The position numbers and the translations under genes were made by a program. Positions 12,001 through 20,389 of a stretch of 64,000 nucleotides of DNA are shown piece after piece. Origin of the DNA: a virus (taxonomy: Duplodnaviria; Heunggongvirae; Uroviricota; Caudoviricetes). The notes beneath the pieces were generated by a model. The model saw only the letters and a list, made by a program, of their open reading frames with translations, was not told where the DNA came from and ran no database searches. Numbering within the stretch: position 1 is the first letter of the stretch; each line of letters opens with the position of its first letter. The stretch covers positions 59,159-123,158 of the IMG/VR virus record IMGVR_UViG_3300014024_000069; one strand, written 5' to 3'.

Positions 12001-12394
12001 GGTATCAATCCTTGCGATCATCGCAATGATCGCGTGCATGGTGCTGAAAAAAGACGACACCGTGGAAGTAGTGCAACAAGCACTCGGTGCCGCACCCGTC
12101 AGCCTGAACACCGTGAACACCCTGGCGCGGGTGAAGAACTCACGATCACAACGTGAAAAAGAAGTACTACAAAACCGCAGGGGCACCATCATTGATGCGT
12201 TCACCAACGACCGCATCATGGAGGAAGACATGACCCGTCTCCTTGATGAGATGATTCACCGCGTCAACAACGAACTGGAAAGCCTTAGCGATGAACGCAA
12301 AGCAGAATCCAAGACAATAGCCGACGCATACTTGGATGCAGACGCGGCTATCTACAGCGGATCCGAACCGATCATCCCAGAACTGGAACTGTAA
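9080..12394 (+). CDS. Large modular membrane protein, paralog 1 of 3 (1104 aa): conserved N-terminal domain, two Hint-like modules, TM helices, conserved C-terminal domain
   Basis: SD AAAGGAG upstream of the ATG. N-terminus LVALTSWLSEIEVAKTK is shared with the two downstream paralogs. Hint-block-A-like motifs are YLLTTKGWVKITDI and CIWGNTLILTNKGYIRANEI..IACYNP; a block-B-like motif is VATTHGP. Shared mid-motifs: TPTGYYIAR, ITPCLYPGKGKNFIK, CVGAPIHTLQIP. Hydrophobic helices lie around aa 950-1000. The C-terminus RRGTIIDAFTNDRIMEEDMTRLLDE...SKTIADAYLDAD is shared with the paralogs. Confidence 0.8.
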   Translation: MSHETIEQLIKTDKIHPPKRIKHPDHVHDFPAIWGMLTRNVADNRKESTVNHLVALTSWLSEIEVAKTKATTPNTITKTETKAGKPHTAQEAWGAETEIKLSNEEALDKDTYLLTTKGWVKITDITHNSEIAQYHPGTQTISFTKPQQVTQFEAEYRYKFTNTQTGVVQIVSPNHRMYFERLNPDTGMWEDRVCLAHAYESEVKKGETRLRVAAPTRITRRRMTDAEKLALVMQLLPIHYSDGEYTIECGFGNVETVQEYARAAGVTVKSTTNYNDDRYSVTLAPSREISKQLHPVFRGYRQENGNHYAHDYMNVVLSVSDISCLPGHHYRINVPLAKTIQEAAFAAGYKTTRTGNTIDISITSATTPASTDLVVEKLDGETTYCVTVPTTFIVTKHQQSTTPVITGNCLTREHVADSLDASHNPGWGDSGEIMNELAHEINCCLPDNLENQLDGIVSGVLSHVIYEPHMANITYDPSVHDTQSIRSLHYGRMVNKTKPNSNQCIWGNTLILTNKGYIRANEINNDNSIEIACYNPNTQQITHDSVFSIIGGSTLPAGMVNTIKTSPQQLFHVATTHGPRNLTALEISQEKTTFWNHAPSILENKPFKTSNEGTSMPHYATGLLVTLLNEAGFPTEEKPEKENHIKYNTFRMPDELAEEIIKGKYSKTLKQARINEYRYLVIDAEKLPTINIHAIAANLNEKQLEKLYDFAVTITQKIYGANALTHSETLKQLKQAVKEKTLTQPETQYTEEDAKILAVYSEEYGEKFWLEQPEHTRSMCSIMTPTGYYIARSRNEQKSTPVIMRCDNANQEYDDTIKQLRQALTPEQKSDFIKAVNNLAQHHINITPCLYPGKGKNFIKLTQTTIIEQVHSLATCVGAPIHTLQIPTQKKGEIMTTKQDKNLPYRAINLGDDRHYLTYSTSPQTTVELLRVNTPDKKTNKTKYAKRAALLAAPAVGTFSGLILHSAVGIPLSAVSILAIIAMIACMVLKKDDTVEVVQQALGAAPVSLNTVNTLARVKNSRSQREKEVLQNRRGTIIDAFTNDRIMEEDMTRLLDEMIHRVNNELESLSDERKAESKTIADAYLDADAAIYSGSEPIIPELEL

Positions 12395-12450
12395 AAACCG
12401 CCAATCCCGCACCCCCTCTATACCACCAACAACACGAAAGGAAGCACAAC

Positions 12451-14455
12451 ATGTCATATGAAACAATCAGGGAACTAGCAACCGTCAAAGAAACCACCGA
12501 AATACGCAAAATGCAACTAAGTCACTGGTGTAGGAGATTCTTTGACGGTGAGGAATACTACAAATTCTGGGAACTGCTCATCAAGCAACTAGGCAGCAAC
12601 AGCAGGAGCAATGAAACCGACCCAGATCTCGCAAACCTCGTGAACTTCCTATCGGATATTGAGCACGCTAAGCGTAAAACACACGAGCTAATCCCCGCCG
12701 CAAAAGAAAGGGATGCATCATACTTCCCGTCATGGATTACGACAAAAGAAAGAATCTCAATCATAAAGGAGATGATGAAAAATGAAGAATTTATCAATGC
12801 TCCACAAAAATCACTGAACAGAAAAGAAGAAGCAGCTCTAGATAATCCAGAGCTGCAAGAACTAGAACGCAATCCTCAATGGAGCGACATTAATGATCTC
12901 ATCACAGAACTTGCAGAAGAAACAAAGAAGCACCTTTTTGGAACATCGGATTACAAGCTTCATGATGTTGTAGGTGAAGTCTTGTCAAGACTCATCTACA
13001 CCCCACACGCACAAGCCCTCTCCCAAACAAACACTAAGTTGTCTGGAATCATCCAGAAAACCAACAGCACCCCTGGAGGAGGCATTGGCTACAACGCTGA
13101 ACTGCTCACCAACAAAGGCTACATCAGAATCACTGAGCTATATCGCAATCAAGATGCCGAAGTAGAAATTGCGTGCTACTGCCCAGAAACAAAAGAAACA
13201 CTCTACTATCCACAATCAGAAGTGATCATCAAAAAGTCATCTGGGGACACAGACGCATCGGTGAACGGCATTAAGGTAAATAGCAAACAACGAATACACA
13301 CAAAAACGAAAAAATGGAAACGCGATGTCAGCATAGAGCACGCTAAGAAACTCAACGTCTCAGAGGACACGAAAACAAGCACGTCGCCCTACTGGGGAGA
13401 AAGAGACATAATTTTCAAAATCCTCAGCCCAACAGGGTACTGCATCGCAAAGAAAGCTTCACTCGACGAAGAGGAATCCGTCACCCTGTGCTGCAAACCC
13501 GTGGAGGAGGAAACCGAAGAATTACTACTAAACGGCTTCAGGTACAGCAGAGAACGCGAAAAAGATGGGCGACATTGCCCTACGACTAGCACAAGCGCAC
13601 GTAGATGCCCTGCAGTCCATCTACGACGACCCTCACATCATCAGGGAAGTGGCGCAAAACATCAGAGAGCAACTAAGCTACATCAATACATGCTGGGAAG
13701 CGCCTCACCGCAAACTCAAACTACCCAAAAAACCCACCATCTACACCAAAACCCTAAAGAAAGGAAAGAAAAAAGAAATGGCTTCCTCAAAAGTAACCCG
13801 TGAGGGAGGAATCAAACTAGATGACACACACGCACTTGAATTTCAAGAAATCAAAGGAAACAAGTACTATGTCATGCTCCGCGAGTACGAAAAATGGGAA
13901 AGCGACGAAAAAGAAAACCGTGCAGTCAGTCTAATCGACCGGTCAATAAAAGCACTCAAAGGGACAATAGAATTGGCAGCCTCCATGCTCGTGATCCTTT
14001 GGATCTTCAACCTATTCTCCGTACCAGCATTGTTCATGCACCTAACACAGGCAATTATGCTCACCACGCTCCTCGTTGCTGTACCTGCCATCTTCATCAA
14101 AAGCTACTCCAAAGAAGAACAATGCATCAACTGGTCTACGATACTAGATGAAAATTTGGGGCGTGTAGCAGCTACCATCCCAGTAAACAAGGAAACCTTT
14201 GATTCGTTGTACGAAATCTACCAGTACGACAACAAGGAAAACCTGGGATACCTACAGGGCAAAAACAGCATTATCATTGATGTCTTCACAAACGAAAAGG
14301 TCACCGATAAAGACTGTACACGTTTCATTCAAGAAACCGCCAAACGGGCAAAGCAGGAAATGATAGCAGTGAAAACTGAACGCAATGAGGTATCAAAAAC
14401 CATTGTTGACGCATACCTTACGGAATCATACAGCGAATCCACGCTGAACGACTAG
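12451..14455 (+). pseudogene. Paralog 2 of the modular membrane-protein family, disrupted by a +1 frameshift near 13540-13565 (ORFs 12451..13803 and 13565..14455)
   Basis: ORF A carries the conserved N-terminus (LANLVNFLSDIEHAKRKTHE), the Hint-like module (ELLTNKGYIRITEL..EIACYCP) and SPTGYCIAKK, then degenerates into arbitrary sequence. ORF B in the +1 frame carries the family motifs INTCWEAPHRKLKLP (cf. CVGAPIHTLQIP and CLGAPLRDFKITP), the TM helices and the conserved C-terminus GKNSIIIDVFTNEKVTDKDCTRF...SKTIVDAYLTESYS. The first ATG-initiated ORF in the B frame begins at 13565; the frame itself is open from ~13527. Confidence 0.65.
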
Positions 14456-14580
14456 TAAAGCACAAAGCAAAGCGCCCATTCTTCACCCGCAAACATGGGC
14501 AAGATGGGCGCTTTGCTTAAACAACAACATCTCTCCCCAACTAACCTCACCTCCACTACTGCTGACTGCTAGGACACGCA

Positions 14581-17040
14581 ATGTACAAAACAATAAAACA
14601 ACTAGTAGCAAACAAAAGACCCAAAAGAAACCTCACCAAGTTTGAGGACGGACGAGAGTTCTACGCATTCTGGGAGAACCTTTCAGAAAACCTTAACGAG
14701 TCGAAAATATCAAAAGAAAAACAAAATGAACTCATCTCGCTTGTCAGCTGGATGTCTGAAATTGAAGTAGCAAAACGCGACACCCACGAGGTTGAAGACG
14801 CCAATGAACCCGTATTCGGTGAACGACTCATGTTTAACGCCCACACCGATGAAACCAGCCAAGACAGGTACGTAATTGACATAGTTCAACGGTCACCCCA
14901 CGTGGAGGGTCACCGTAAATGGAAAGCAGGAAGAGAGCACGTAAATAAACTCACCAGCGCACTTTCCGTCCATCGCGGCGTGTCAGAAAAATACATTCAT
15001 TCCATCACTGGTGAGATCATCAGCCGGGTCATATACAGCCCTCATACAGAGGCGAAAATAGGATACGACACCGCAGGGATATACCGTGTACGTCAACCCA
15101 TCAACAAAGAATACGGAGGAAGCGTCGGGAACAACACCAGCATTCTCACCAACGGTGGATACATCAATATTGAACAACTACGCAAAGCAAAACAATCAAA
15201 GGAATCATCCAGGTCCATCAAGGTTGCCTGCTATAACCCAGTGTCGAAAGACATAGAGTACGTTGAGCTGTCAAAAATAGACATCAAGGAAGACAACCAC
15301 AACGTTCCAATAGCGCGCGCCAACAATGTTGAATCCAGCGATACCCAACTAGTACACGTTGATACAAAGCAGGGTCCACTGAACTTAACCGTCAGTGAAA
15401 TCATGCACGTTGAGAAATTTGACCCCACCTGCTTCACGAACCCCGCCAATGAAGCGTTGACGAAGACTCTCAACGACATCAATCACAATGCCAGCAATGG
15501 GAATCTCGGAACATTCAATACATCAGTGCTTTTATCCATGCTCGAAGAAGCAGGAGTACCCAATCATAGTGGAAGGTTCAGAGTTTCCGACTATCCAAAC
15601 CTCACGGACAAAATCAAGAAGTTGGACAAACAGGGTTACCTAAATCATGTCAGCGTTTCTAGAAACGGAGAAGAGGTCATCCTTGACGAAGAAGGATTCC
15701 AGGAGAGCCTTAAAAGCGAAAACAGGATCTTGGACACGGATGAATTGCTTGACCTTTACGCATTCTCTGGCGATGTTCATGAAATCCTTAACGAGAAGAA
15801 TGATTTCATCTCACAAACGTACAACGAACTGGAACGAAAAGTTAAGGAACTCGCGCAGCAAAATAGTCTAACCACACCAGAAAGCAAAGTAATCTCAACC
15901 TGGCACATGGCAATCAGCAAATATCCAGCTGGGAAGGGGAAGAAGTTTCTTCAAAGTCAAAAAATGTTCCACATCAAAACGCCAACAGGGTATGTTGTGG
16001 CGAAAAGGAACCAGTCACCAGTAATCTTGTGTGGAAAGTCAATAAACCACGATACACAGTATATTCACACCATTGGGGATAGAGAGTTTCAAGCAAACAA
16101 CTGCATAGCTGACGCGGTAAACGAACTTGCCCTGTACCACATCAAAATACTGCCGACCATATACAAGCATGAAGACAAAAATTTCATCAAACAGATGGAA
16201 TACTCAATCGTCAAGCAGGCGCACCACATATGCTCATGTCTCGGTGCTCCTCTACGCGACTTCAAGATAACACCACTCGTACAAGAAGAGGGAAACAGCG
16301 TACATCAACAAGAAGTGCAAGACATGGCACCAGGCACACTGCCACCACCAACCAACAAGAAAGAAGAGGTAAAAACAATGAGTGACGACGACAAGAACTT
16401 GATAGACAAAATTAGAATGAGCACAATAGACATACTACTTGACGAAAAATATCGTCTCGACATCCGTCTTGGGCCTAACAGATCAATTTTTGTTGAAATA
16501 GACAGAAACTATGTCAAAGAAAATAAAGAACAAGATCGCAGACTTGAGCAAAAGTACTACTTCACGTTACCCCTAGTTGCCATTTTAATGGCTTCTTCTA
16601 TATTGGTTTATAGAATAGTAGGCAAGATTAGCTACATCAGTGAAGAAATCGCAGGACTACTGTCATCTATGTTGATATTCATCAGCTTAAGTCTAGTCTT
16701 ATCACTTCTCCACCAATGGGCGACAACTGTAAAAAGAGAAGTAGAGGAAATCGCCAAGGTGTCTGTTGATACTAACACCGCAAATATTCTAATAAAGTCT
16801 ATCGAGTCACGCTACACCGAAGACACAGATCTACTTAGAAAAAGAAGCGGCATCATCGTAGATGCGCTCACCAACAATGAACTCACCTCTGACGACAAAA
16901 CTAGGTTCATGAGTGAGCTTGCTCAACGAATTAGCAGCGAAATGGAAAGTGAGAATAAGGAGCGGGAAGAAAAATCAAAAGCTATACTATCGTCATACCT
17001 TGAATCAGACTCAATCGTCTACGGAACAGGCAAGGAATAG
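14581..17040 (+). CDS. Large modular membrane protein, paralog 3 of 3 (819 aa), Hint-like module with Ser at the block-A position-1 equivalent
   Basis: N-terminus LISLVSWMSEIEVAKRDTHE; Hint-like module SVGNNTSILTNGGYINIEQL...IKVACYNP; KTPTGYVVAKR; ILPTIYKHEDKNFIKQ; CLGAPLRDFKITP; three hydrophobic helices; C-terminus KRSGIIVDALTNNELTSDDKTRFMSE...SKAILSSYLESDS. Confidence 0.8.
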   Translation: MYKTIKQLVANKRPKRNLTKFEDGREFYAFWENLSENLNESKISKEKQNELISLVSWMSEIEVAKRDTHEVEDANEPVFGERLMFNAHTDETSQDRYVIDIVQRSPHVEGHRKWKAGREHVNKLTSALSVHRGVSEKYIHSITGEIISRVIYSPHTEAKIGYDTAGIYRVRQPINKEYGGSVGNNTSILTNGGYINIEQLRKAKQSKESSRSIKVACYNPVSKDIEYVELSKIDIKEDNHNVPIARANNVESSDTQLVHVDTKQGPLNLTVSEIMHVEKFDPTCFTNPANEALTKTLNDINHNASNGNLGTFNTSVLLSMLEEAGVPNHSGRFRVSDYPNLTDKIKKLDKQGYLNHVSVSRNGEEVILDEEGFQESLKSENRILDTDELLDLYAFSGDVHEILNEKNDFISQTYNELERKVKELAQQNSLTTPESKVISTWHMAISKYPAGKGKKFLQSQKMFHIKTPTGYVVAKRNQSPVILCGKSINHDTQYIHTIGDREFQANNCIADAVNELALYHIKILPTIYKHEDKNFIKQMEYSIVKQAHHICSCLGAPLRDFKITPLVQEEGNSVHQQEVQDMAPGTLPPPTNKKEEVKTMSDDDKNLIDKIRMSTIDILLDEKYRLDIRLGPNRSIFVEIDRNYVKENKEQDRRLEQKYYFTLPLVAILMASSILVYRIVGKISYISEEIAGLLSSMLIFISLSLVLSLLHQWATTVKREVEEIAKVSVDTNTANILIKSIESRYTEDTDLLRKRSGIIVDALTNNELTSDDKTRFMSELAQRISSEMESENKEREEKSKAILSSYLESDSIVYGTGKE

Positions 17041-17046
17041 ACAACA

Positions 17047-17718
17047 TTGACTGCGAAAAACAGCAAAGAAAAAACCGCCATAGACTTAGGCGACGGCAGG
17101 AGACTGGAACTATACAGAGACTATGGCAGAGATCCCAAACACCATCCCGTATCTGAAATCACGCTAGTAAAAGAACCACCAGAGAGCAAGGACACCAAAA
17201 AGATTGTCAATACAGCGCTTTTATCTGCACTGAGCGCGGTAATCGCACTGGTGTCACTCGTATTGTCTTTCGTCATGTATGGCAACATGTGGGGCTGGTT
17301 AGTGCTCATATTGGTTACCGTAGCATCTGCAGGGCTTGCCATTAGAAACCTCATCTCTACATTGCGGTTGATTCAGTTCAACTATCGAGAAAAGGAAGAG
17401 GGGAGGATTGACATTTACCATATGAACGAGCGGTACCTTGATGAAATTGAACGTCTCCAGGCAATCAACATCATCATGCCTGACCTTATAAAGATGCAGT
17501 CTAAACAGATCATTGAAAAGCTCGCAGACGGCAAACAGGACTACCAGTTGAAAAGACACCAACTACGGCGAATCATCGAGGATATGGAAAAAGATGCGGC
17601 TGAAACCTACAATCCCAATCCTGACAACAAAAAGAGCATTTTCATGCAAAAAAATGACACGGAAGAAACTGTCAATGTAGGTGATGTGTCGTCAAACGAA
17701 ACTCAAAACCAACAGTAG
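17047..17718 (+). CDS. Hypothetical membrane protein (223 aa, TTG start), two TM helices followed by a charged coiled-coil-like tail
   Basis: ORF directly follows paralog 3, with AGGAA 8 nt upstream of TTG. Hydrophobic stretch ALLSALSAVIALVSLVLSFVMYGNMWGWLVLILVTVASAGLAI. Confidence 0.5.
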   Translation: MTAKNSKEKTAIDLGDGRRLELYRDYGRDPKHHPVSEITLVKEPPESKDTKKIVNTALLSALSAVIALVSLVLSFVMYGNMWGWLVLILVTVASAGLAIRNLISTLRLIQFNYREKEEGRIDIYHMNERYLDEIERLQAINIIMPDLIKMQSKQIIEKLADGKQDYQLKRHQLRRIIEDMEKDAAETYNPNPDNKKSIFMQKNDTEETVNVGDVSSNETQNQQ

Positions 17719-17732
17719 ACCAGAATCAATAC

Positions 17733-17763
17733 CCCCAGAGTTTTTACCCTCTGGGGTTTTATT
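17733..17763 (+). terminator. Rho-independent terminator after the paralog operon
   Basis: CCCCAGAG-tttttacc-CTCTGGGG hairpin followed by TTTTATT. Confidence 0.65.
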
Positions 17764-17810
17764 CTCTTCTGAGATAATCAATGCTGTAAACGAGATCAGG
17801 AGGGGCTATA

Positions 17811-18323
17811 ATGTACGTTATGGATAACGACCAACACAGCAGGGCTGTTGTCAAGGAAATCAGCAAAAACTGGTATAGACTACTTCCACAATCAAGCGCA
17901 GGCGACTATCAATCATGGTTACTCAGGGAGGGCGATGATGCAGAAAAACACACCACACTGAATAAAAAAGTCACCCTTCTTGATGTCGAGAACCAGGAAG
18001 ACAAAAACCAGATAAGGTCACTGGAAAATGGGGGAACTTTCACAATAAAAGATGAGCTACTTGAATACTATTTGCGAAAACTGGGTGTGAAGAAAACACC
18101 CGAGTTAAAGAACGGTATCGTTAAGCTAACAGTATCCCCTGATGTTTCTCAACAGGGTAGACTTACTGGATCTACTGCCGTCTTGGTCCGTAAGCTAAGC
18201 TCTTCTCTTCACCTGCAGATTGCCCCGGAAACCGGCATTGATGGAAAGCTTGCGCGCGTTGTTCTGCACGCCCGCATGGTTGATGTAGACACTAAGAAAG
18301 CGGTTTTTGCTGTTCTGGAATAA
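17811..18323 (+). CDS. Hypothetical protein (170 aa)
   Basis: ORF with coding-strand A+C bias; no recognisable motif. Confidence 0.45.
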   Translation: MYVMDNDQHSRAVVKEISKNWYRLLPQSSAGDYQSWLLREGDDAEKHTTLNKKVTLLDVENQEDKNQIRSLENGGTFTIKDELLEYYLRKLGVKKTPELKNGIVKLTVSPDVSQQGRLTGSTAVLVRKLSSSLHLQIAPETGIDGKLARVVLHARMVDVDTKKAVFAVLE

Positions 18324-18541
18324 CCTCAGTGCAGGCAGCCACCCCATCCTAGCCTTTTGCCCTTGCCTATTACCGCGAGCGGGGCGCGGGTCTATTACGC
18401 AACAAGAACCCCCTTGTTGGTAGCCATCGTGGCGACTATCAGCAAGGGGGTTGAACCAATTCCCATCCTCTACATTACACTCAATGGCAAGGAATAAGCA
18501 AACCTTACGGGCGCGCGCCCAATCGCGGGACGCAGTGAGGG

Positions 18542-19222
18542 CTAATATTCCTCAAGCTCGCTTAGGTCAATGGAATTTCCACTTCTCAGCGTTTTAAGTG
18601 TGTCCCTGATCTCCATCTTGTTTTGGCGGCGCCGACTCCGGTTAACCGTCTTTGGTTCTGGTTGCTCACGGTAGAAATGCGCGACAGATCGCCAACCACC
18701 AGTGAGCATACGGAAAAGCATGAGACGGTGCGCGTCGTGCTTGAACACCATCGCGTCAAGTGGGGCAACCCTACGACGGGGCGGAAGCTCGAAAATATGA
18801 GCAATAAAATCCCTGTGGCTGCCCGTGATAGGTGAAATCCACATCAGGTAACGCTTATTGTCACGCCGATAAACTTTGGTGCGCGGTAACGCAATGCCTT
18901 GATGCATAAAGTCACGCAGAGCAGTATCTCTGCTATTGGCGCTGCTGGAATTTTGGCTAGACTGCTTGTTTAGGATGTACTCAGCTATGGATTGCTCCAA
19001 GTGGTCAAAATTATGTTCAAACCACTTCACATCCAGGCGCTCCGAACTGTCCTTTAGTGTACCCATGACAATTCCAGCTGAACTGTTCACCCATACAGCG
19101 TCAGTGTGAGCAAGGCCCAACGGTCTAGCGTCACGAGGAGGGGAATAGGCAGGCGGGTAACCTTCCCCCGTGATGAGCCTATATGCTACATATTTGGGGA
19201 TATTTTTGTATGTTCTAGACAA
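18542..19222 (-). CDS. Hypothetical protein (226 aa)
   Basis: Long ORF on the minus strand with composition typical of coding sequence here; no motif recognised. Confidence 0.5.
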   Translation of the reverse strand: MSRTYKNIPKYVAYRLITGEGYPPAYSPPRDARPLGLAHTDAVWVNSSAGIVMGTLKDSSERLDVKWFEHNFDHLEQSIAEYILNKQSSQNSSSANSRDTALRDFMHQGIALPRTKVYRRDNKRYLMWISPITGSHRDFIAHIFELPPRRRVAPLDAMVFKHDAHRLMLFRMLTGGWRSVAHFYREQPEPKTVNRSRRRQNKMEIRDTLKTLRSGNSIDLSELEEY

Positions 19223-19273
19223 CTTTCCTTCTTCCCTTTAGTGGTTATAACCATCTATCCTGATCGTATCAGA

Positions 19274-19549
19274 TCACAGATATGCGTTGATCATGTACAT
19301 CAGGAACGAGAAGGAAATGATCGCAATGATAACCTCGCTGGCAATCACAATTGCTGCCATGTAGACAATATCACTAAGCGAGAGAGGATGCGCCACCGGC
19401 GTTTCCTTAATGTCAGGGACTGATGGTTTCACCACTTTTGCCGTGATGTCTTTCACGTTCGCAGGGTGATGTTCCACTTTTGTTTTTACGATTTGTTCCA
19501 TTGCTTTATTGTCGCACTCAGGGTAGCTCTCGCGCAAACTAACGAGCAA
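19274..19549 (-). CDS. Small protein with a C-terminal TM helix (91 aa)
   Basis: ORF; C-terminal hydrophobic segment AAIVIASEVIIAIISFSFLMYMI. Confidence 0.35.
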   Translation of the reverse strand: MLVSLRESYPECDNKAMEQIVKTKVEHHPANVKDITAKVVKPSVPDIKETPVAHPLSLSDIVYMAAIVIASEVIIAIISFSFLMYMINAYL

Positions 19550-19655
19550 TGGCGTAAAGAAGCAGAACAGGGAAATGTCAATGCCGCACAGTAGTTAGGC
19601 ATTGAAAAACCGCACCTTCCCTAATGTTAAGGGTTGGGTGTGGTTTTTGTTTAAG

Positions 19656-19737
19656 TGCGCCTGGGGAGAGTCGAACTCCCATGCCCGTAGGCGCTGGAAC
19701 CTAAATCCAGTGCGTATACCAGTTCCGCCACAGGCGC
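19656..19737 (-). tRNA. tRNA-Leu (anticodon TAG), type II
   Basis: Reverse complement: GCGCCTG-TG-GCG-GAACTGGTATA-CGC-A-CTGGA-TTTAGGT-TCCAG-(13-nt variable arm)-GGGAG-TTCGACT-CTCCC-CAGGCGC-A. Confidence 0.8.
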
Positions 19738-19792
19738 ATTAGTGAGAGCAGGAAATGACGAACGTGTGCTAAAAGCACTTCCTGCCCTCAAG

Positions 19793-19865
19793 CTCCGCTG
19801 GGTGGACTCGAACCACCAGCCGCCCGGTTAACAGCCGAGTGCTCTGCCAATTGAGCTACAGCGGA
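19793..19865 (-). tRNA. tRNA-Asn (anticodon GTT)
   Basis: RC: TCCGCTG-TAGCTCAATTGGCAGAGCA-CTCGG-CTGTTAA-CCGGG-...GTGGTTCGAGTCCAC-CAGCGGA-G. Begins 1 nt after the CCA of tRNA-Trp. Confidence 0.8.
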
Positions 19866-19866
19866 A

Positions 19867-19942
19867 TGGAGCGAGCAACGGGATTTGAACCCGTACTTAC
19901 TGCTTGGAAGGCAGTTATGCTAGCCGTTAACATTATGCTCGC
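19867..19942 (-). tRNA. tRNA-Trp (anticodon CCA), CCA encoded
   Basis: RC: GCGAGCA-TA-ATGT-TAACGGCTAG-CATA-A-CTGCC-TTCCAAG-GCAGT-AAGT-ACGGG-TTCAAAT-CCCGT-TGCTCGC-T-CCA. Confidence 0.8.
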
Positions 19943-19966
19943 AAAAAGGGAATCTCTTCCCTTTAG

Positions 19967-20042
19967 TCGGGGTGACGGGATTTGAACCTGCGATCTCCTG
20001 TTCCCAAAACAGGCGCTTTAGCCCAAGCTAAGCTACACCCCG
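19967..20042 (-). tRNA. tRNA-Pro (anticodon TGG)
   Basis: RC: CGGGGTG-TA-GCTT..AAGC-G-CCTGT-TTTGGGA-ACAGG-AGATC-GCAGG-TTCAAAT-CCCGT-CACCCCG-A. One A:C mismatch in the T-stem. Confidence 0.65.
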
Positions 20043-20117
20043 CAAGGTGAACGCTACTCATGATGGACATTGAATGTTTTGCAGTTGGTTGTGTGGACCC
20101 CAGCACAAGTATCGTCG

Positions 20118-20189
20118 CTGACCTACTAGGACTCGAACCTAGAAAGCTGGCACCAAAAACCAGCGTGTTGCCAATTACACCATAGGTCA
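20118..20189 (-). tRNA. tRNA-Gln (anticodon TTG)
   Basis: RC: TGACCTA-TG-GTGT-AATTGGCA-ACAC-G-CTGGT-TTTTGGT-GCCAG-CTTT-CTAGG-TTCGAGT-CCTAG-TAGGTCA-G. Acceptor stem perfectly paired. Confidence 0.8.
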
Positions 20190-20389
20190 AAATAGTGGAA
20201 GGCGTGAACAAGTTGGCGAAAAAGGGGTGTGTTCCATTTCTTACCATAAAAAGAGATAACCCTTTTTCAGTCGGCTCACGCCTTCCTTGACTAGTACTAT
20301 AACACATGTGCCGTTTTTATACAAAACGGCAGGCAGATGTGTGTTTTTGTCACATTTTGGAATGCTTATTGTGATGATAATATGGAGTC

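Noticed and set aside
13565-13803. C-terminal 80 aa of ORF 12451..13803 (..REREKDGRHCPTTSTSARRCPAVHLRRPSHHQG...)
   Set aside because: It is an out-of-frame read-through after the frameshift; the family-conserved sequence continues in the +1 frame (ORF 13565..14455).
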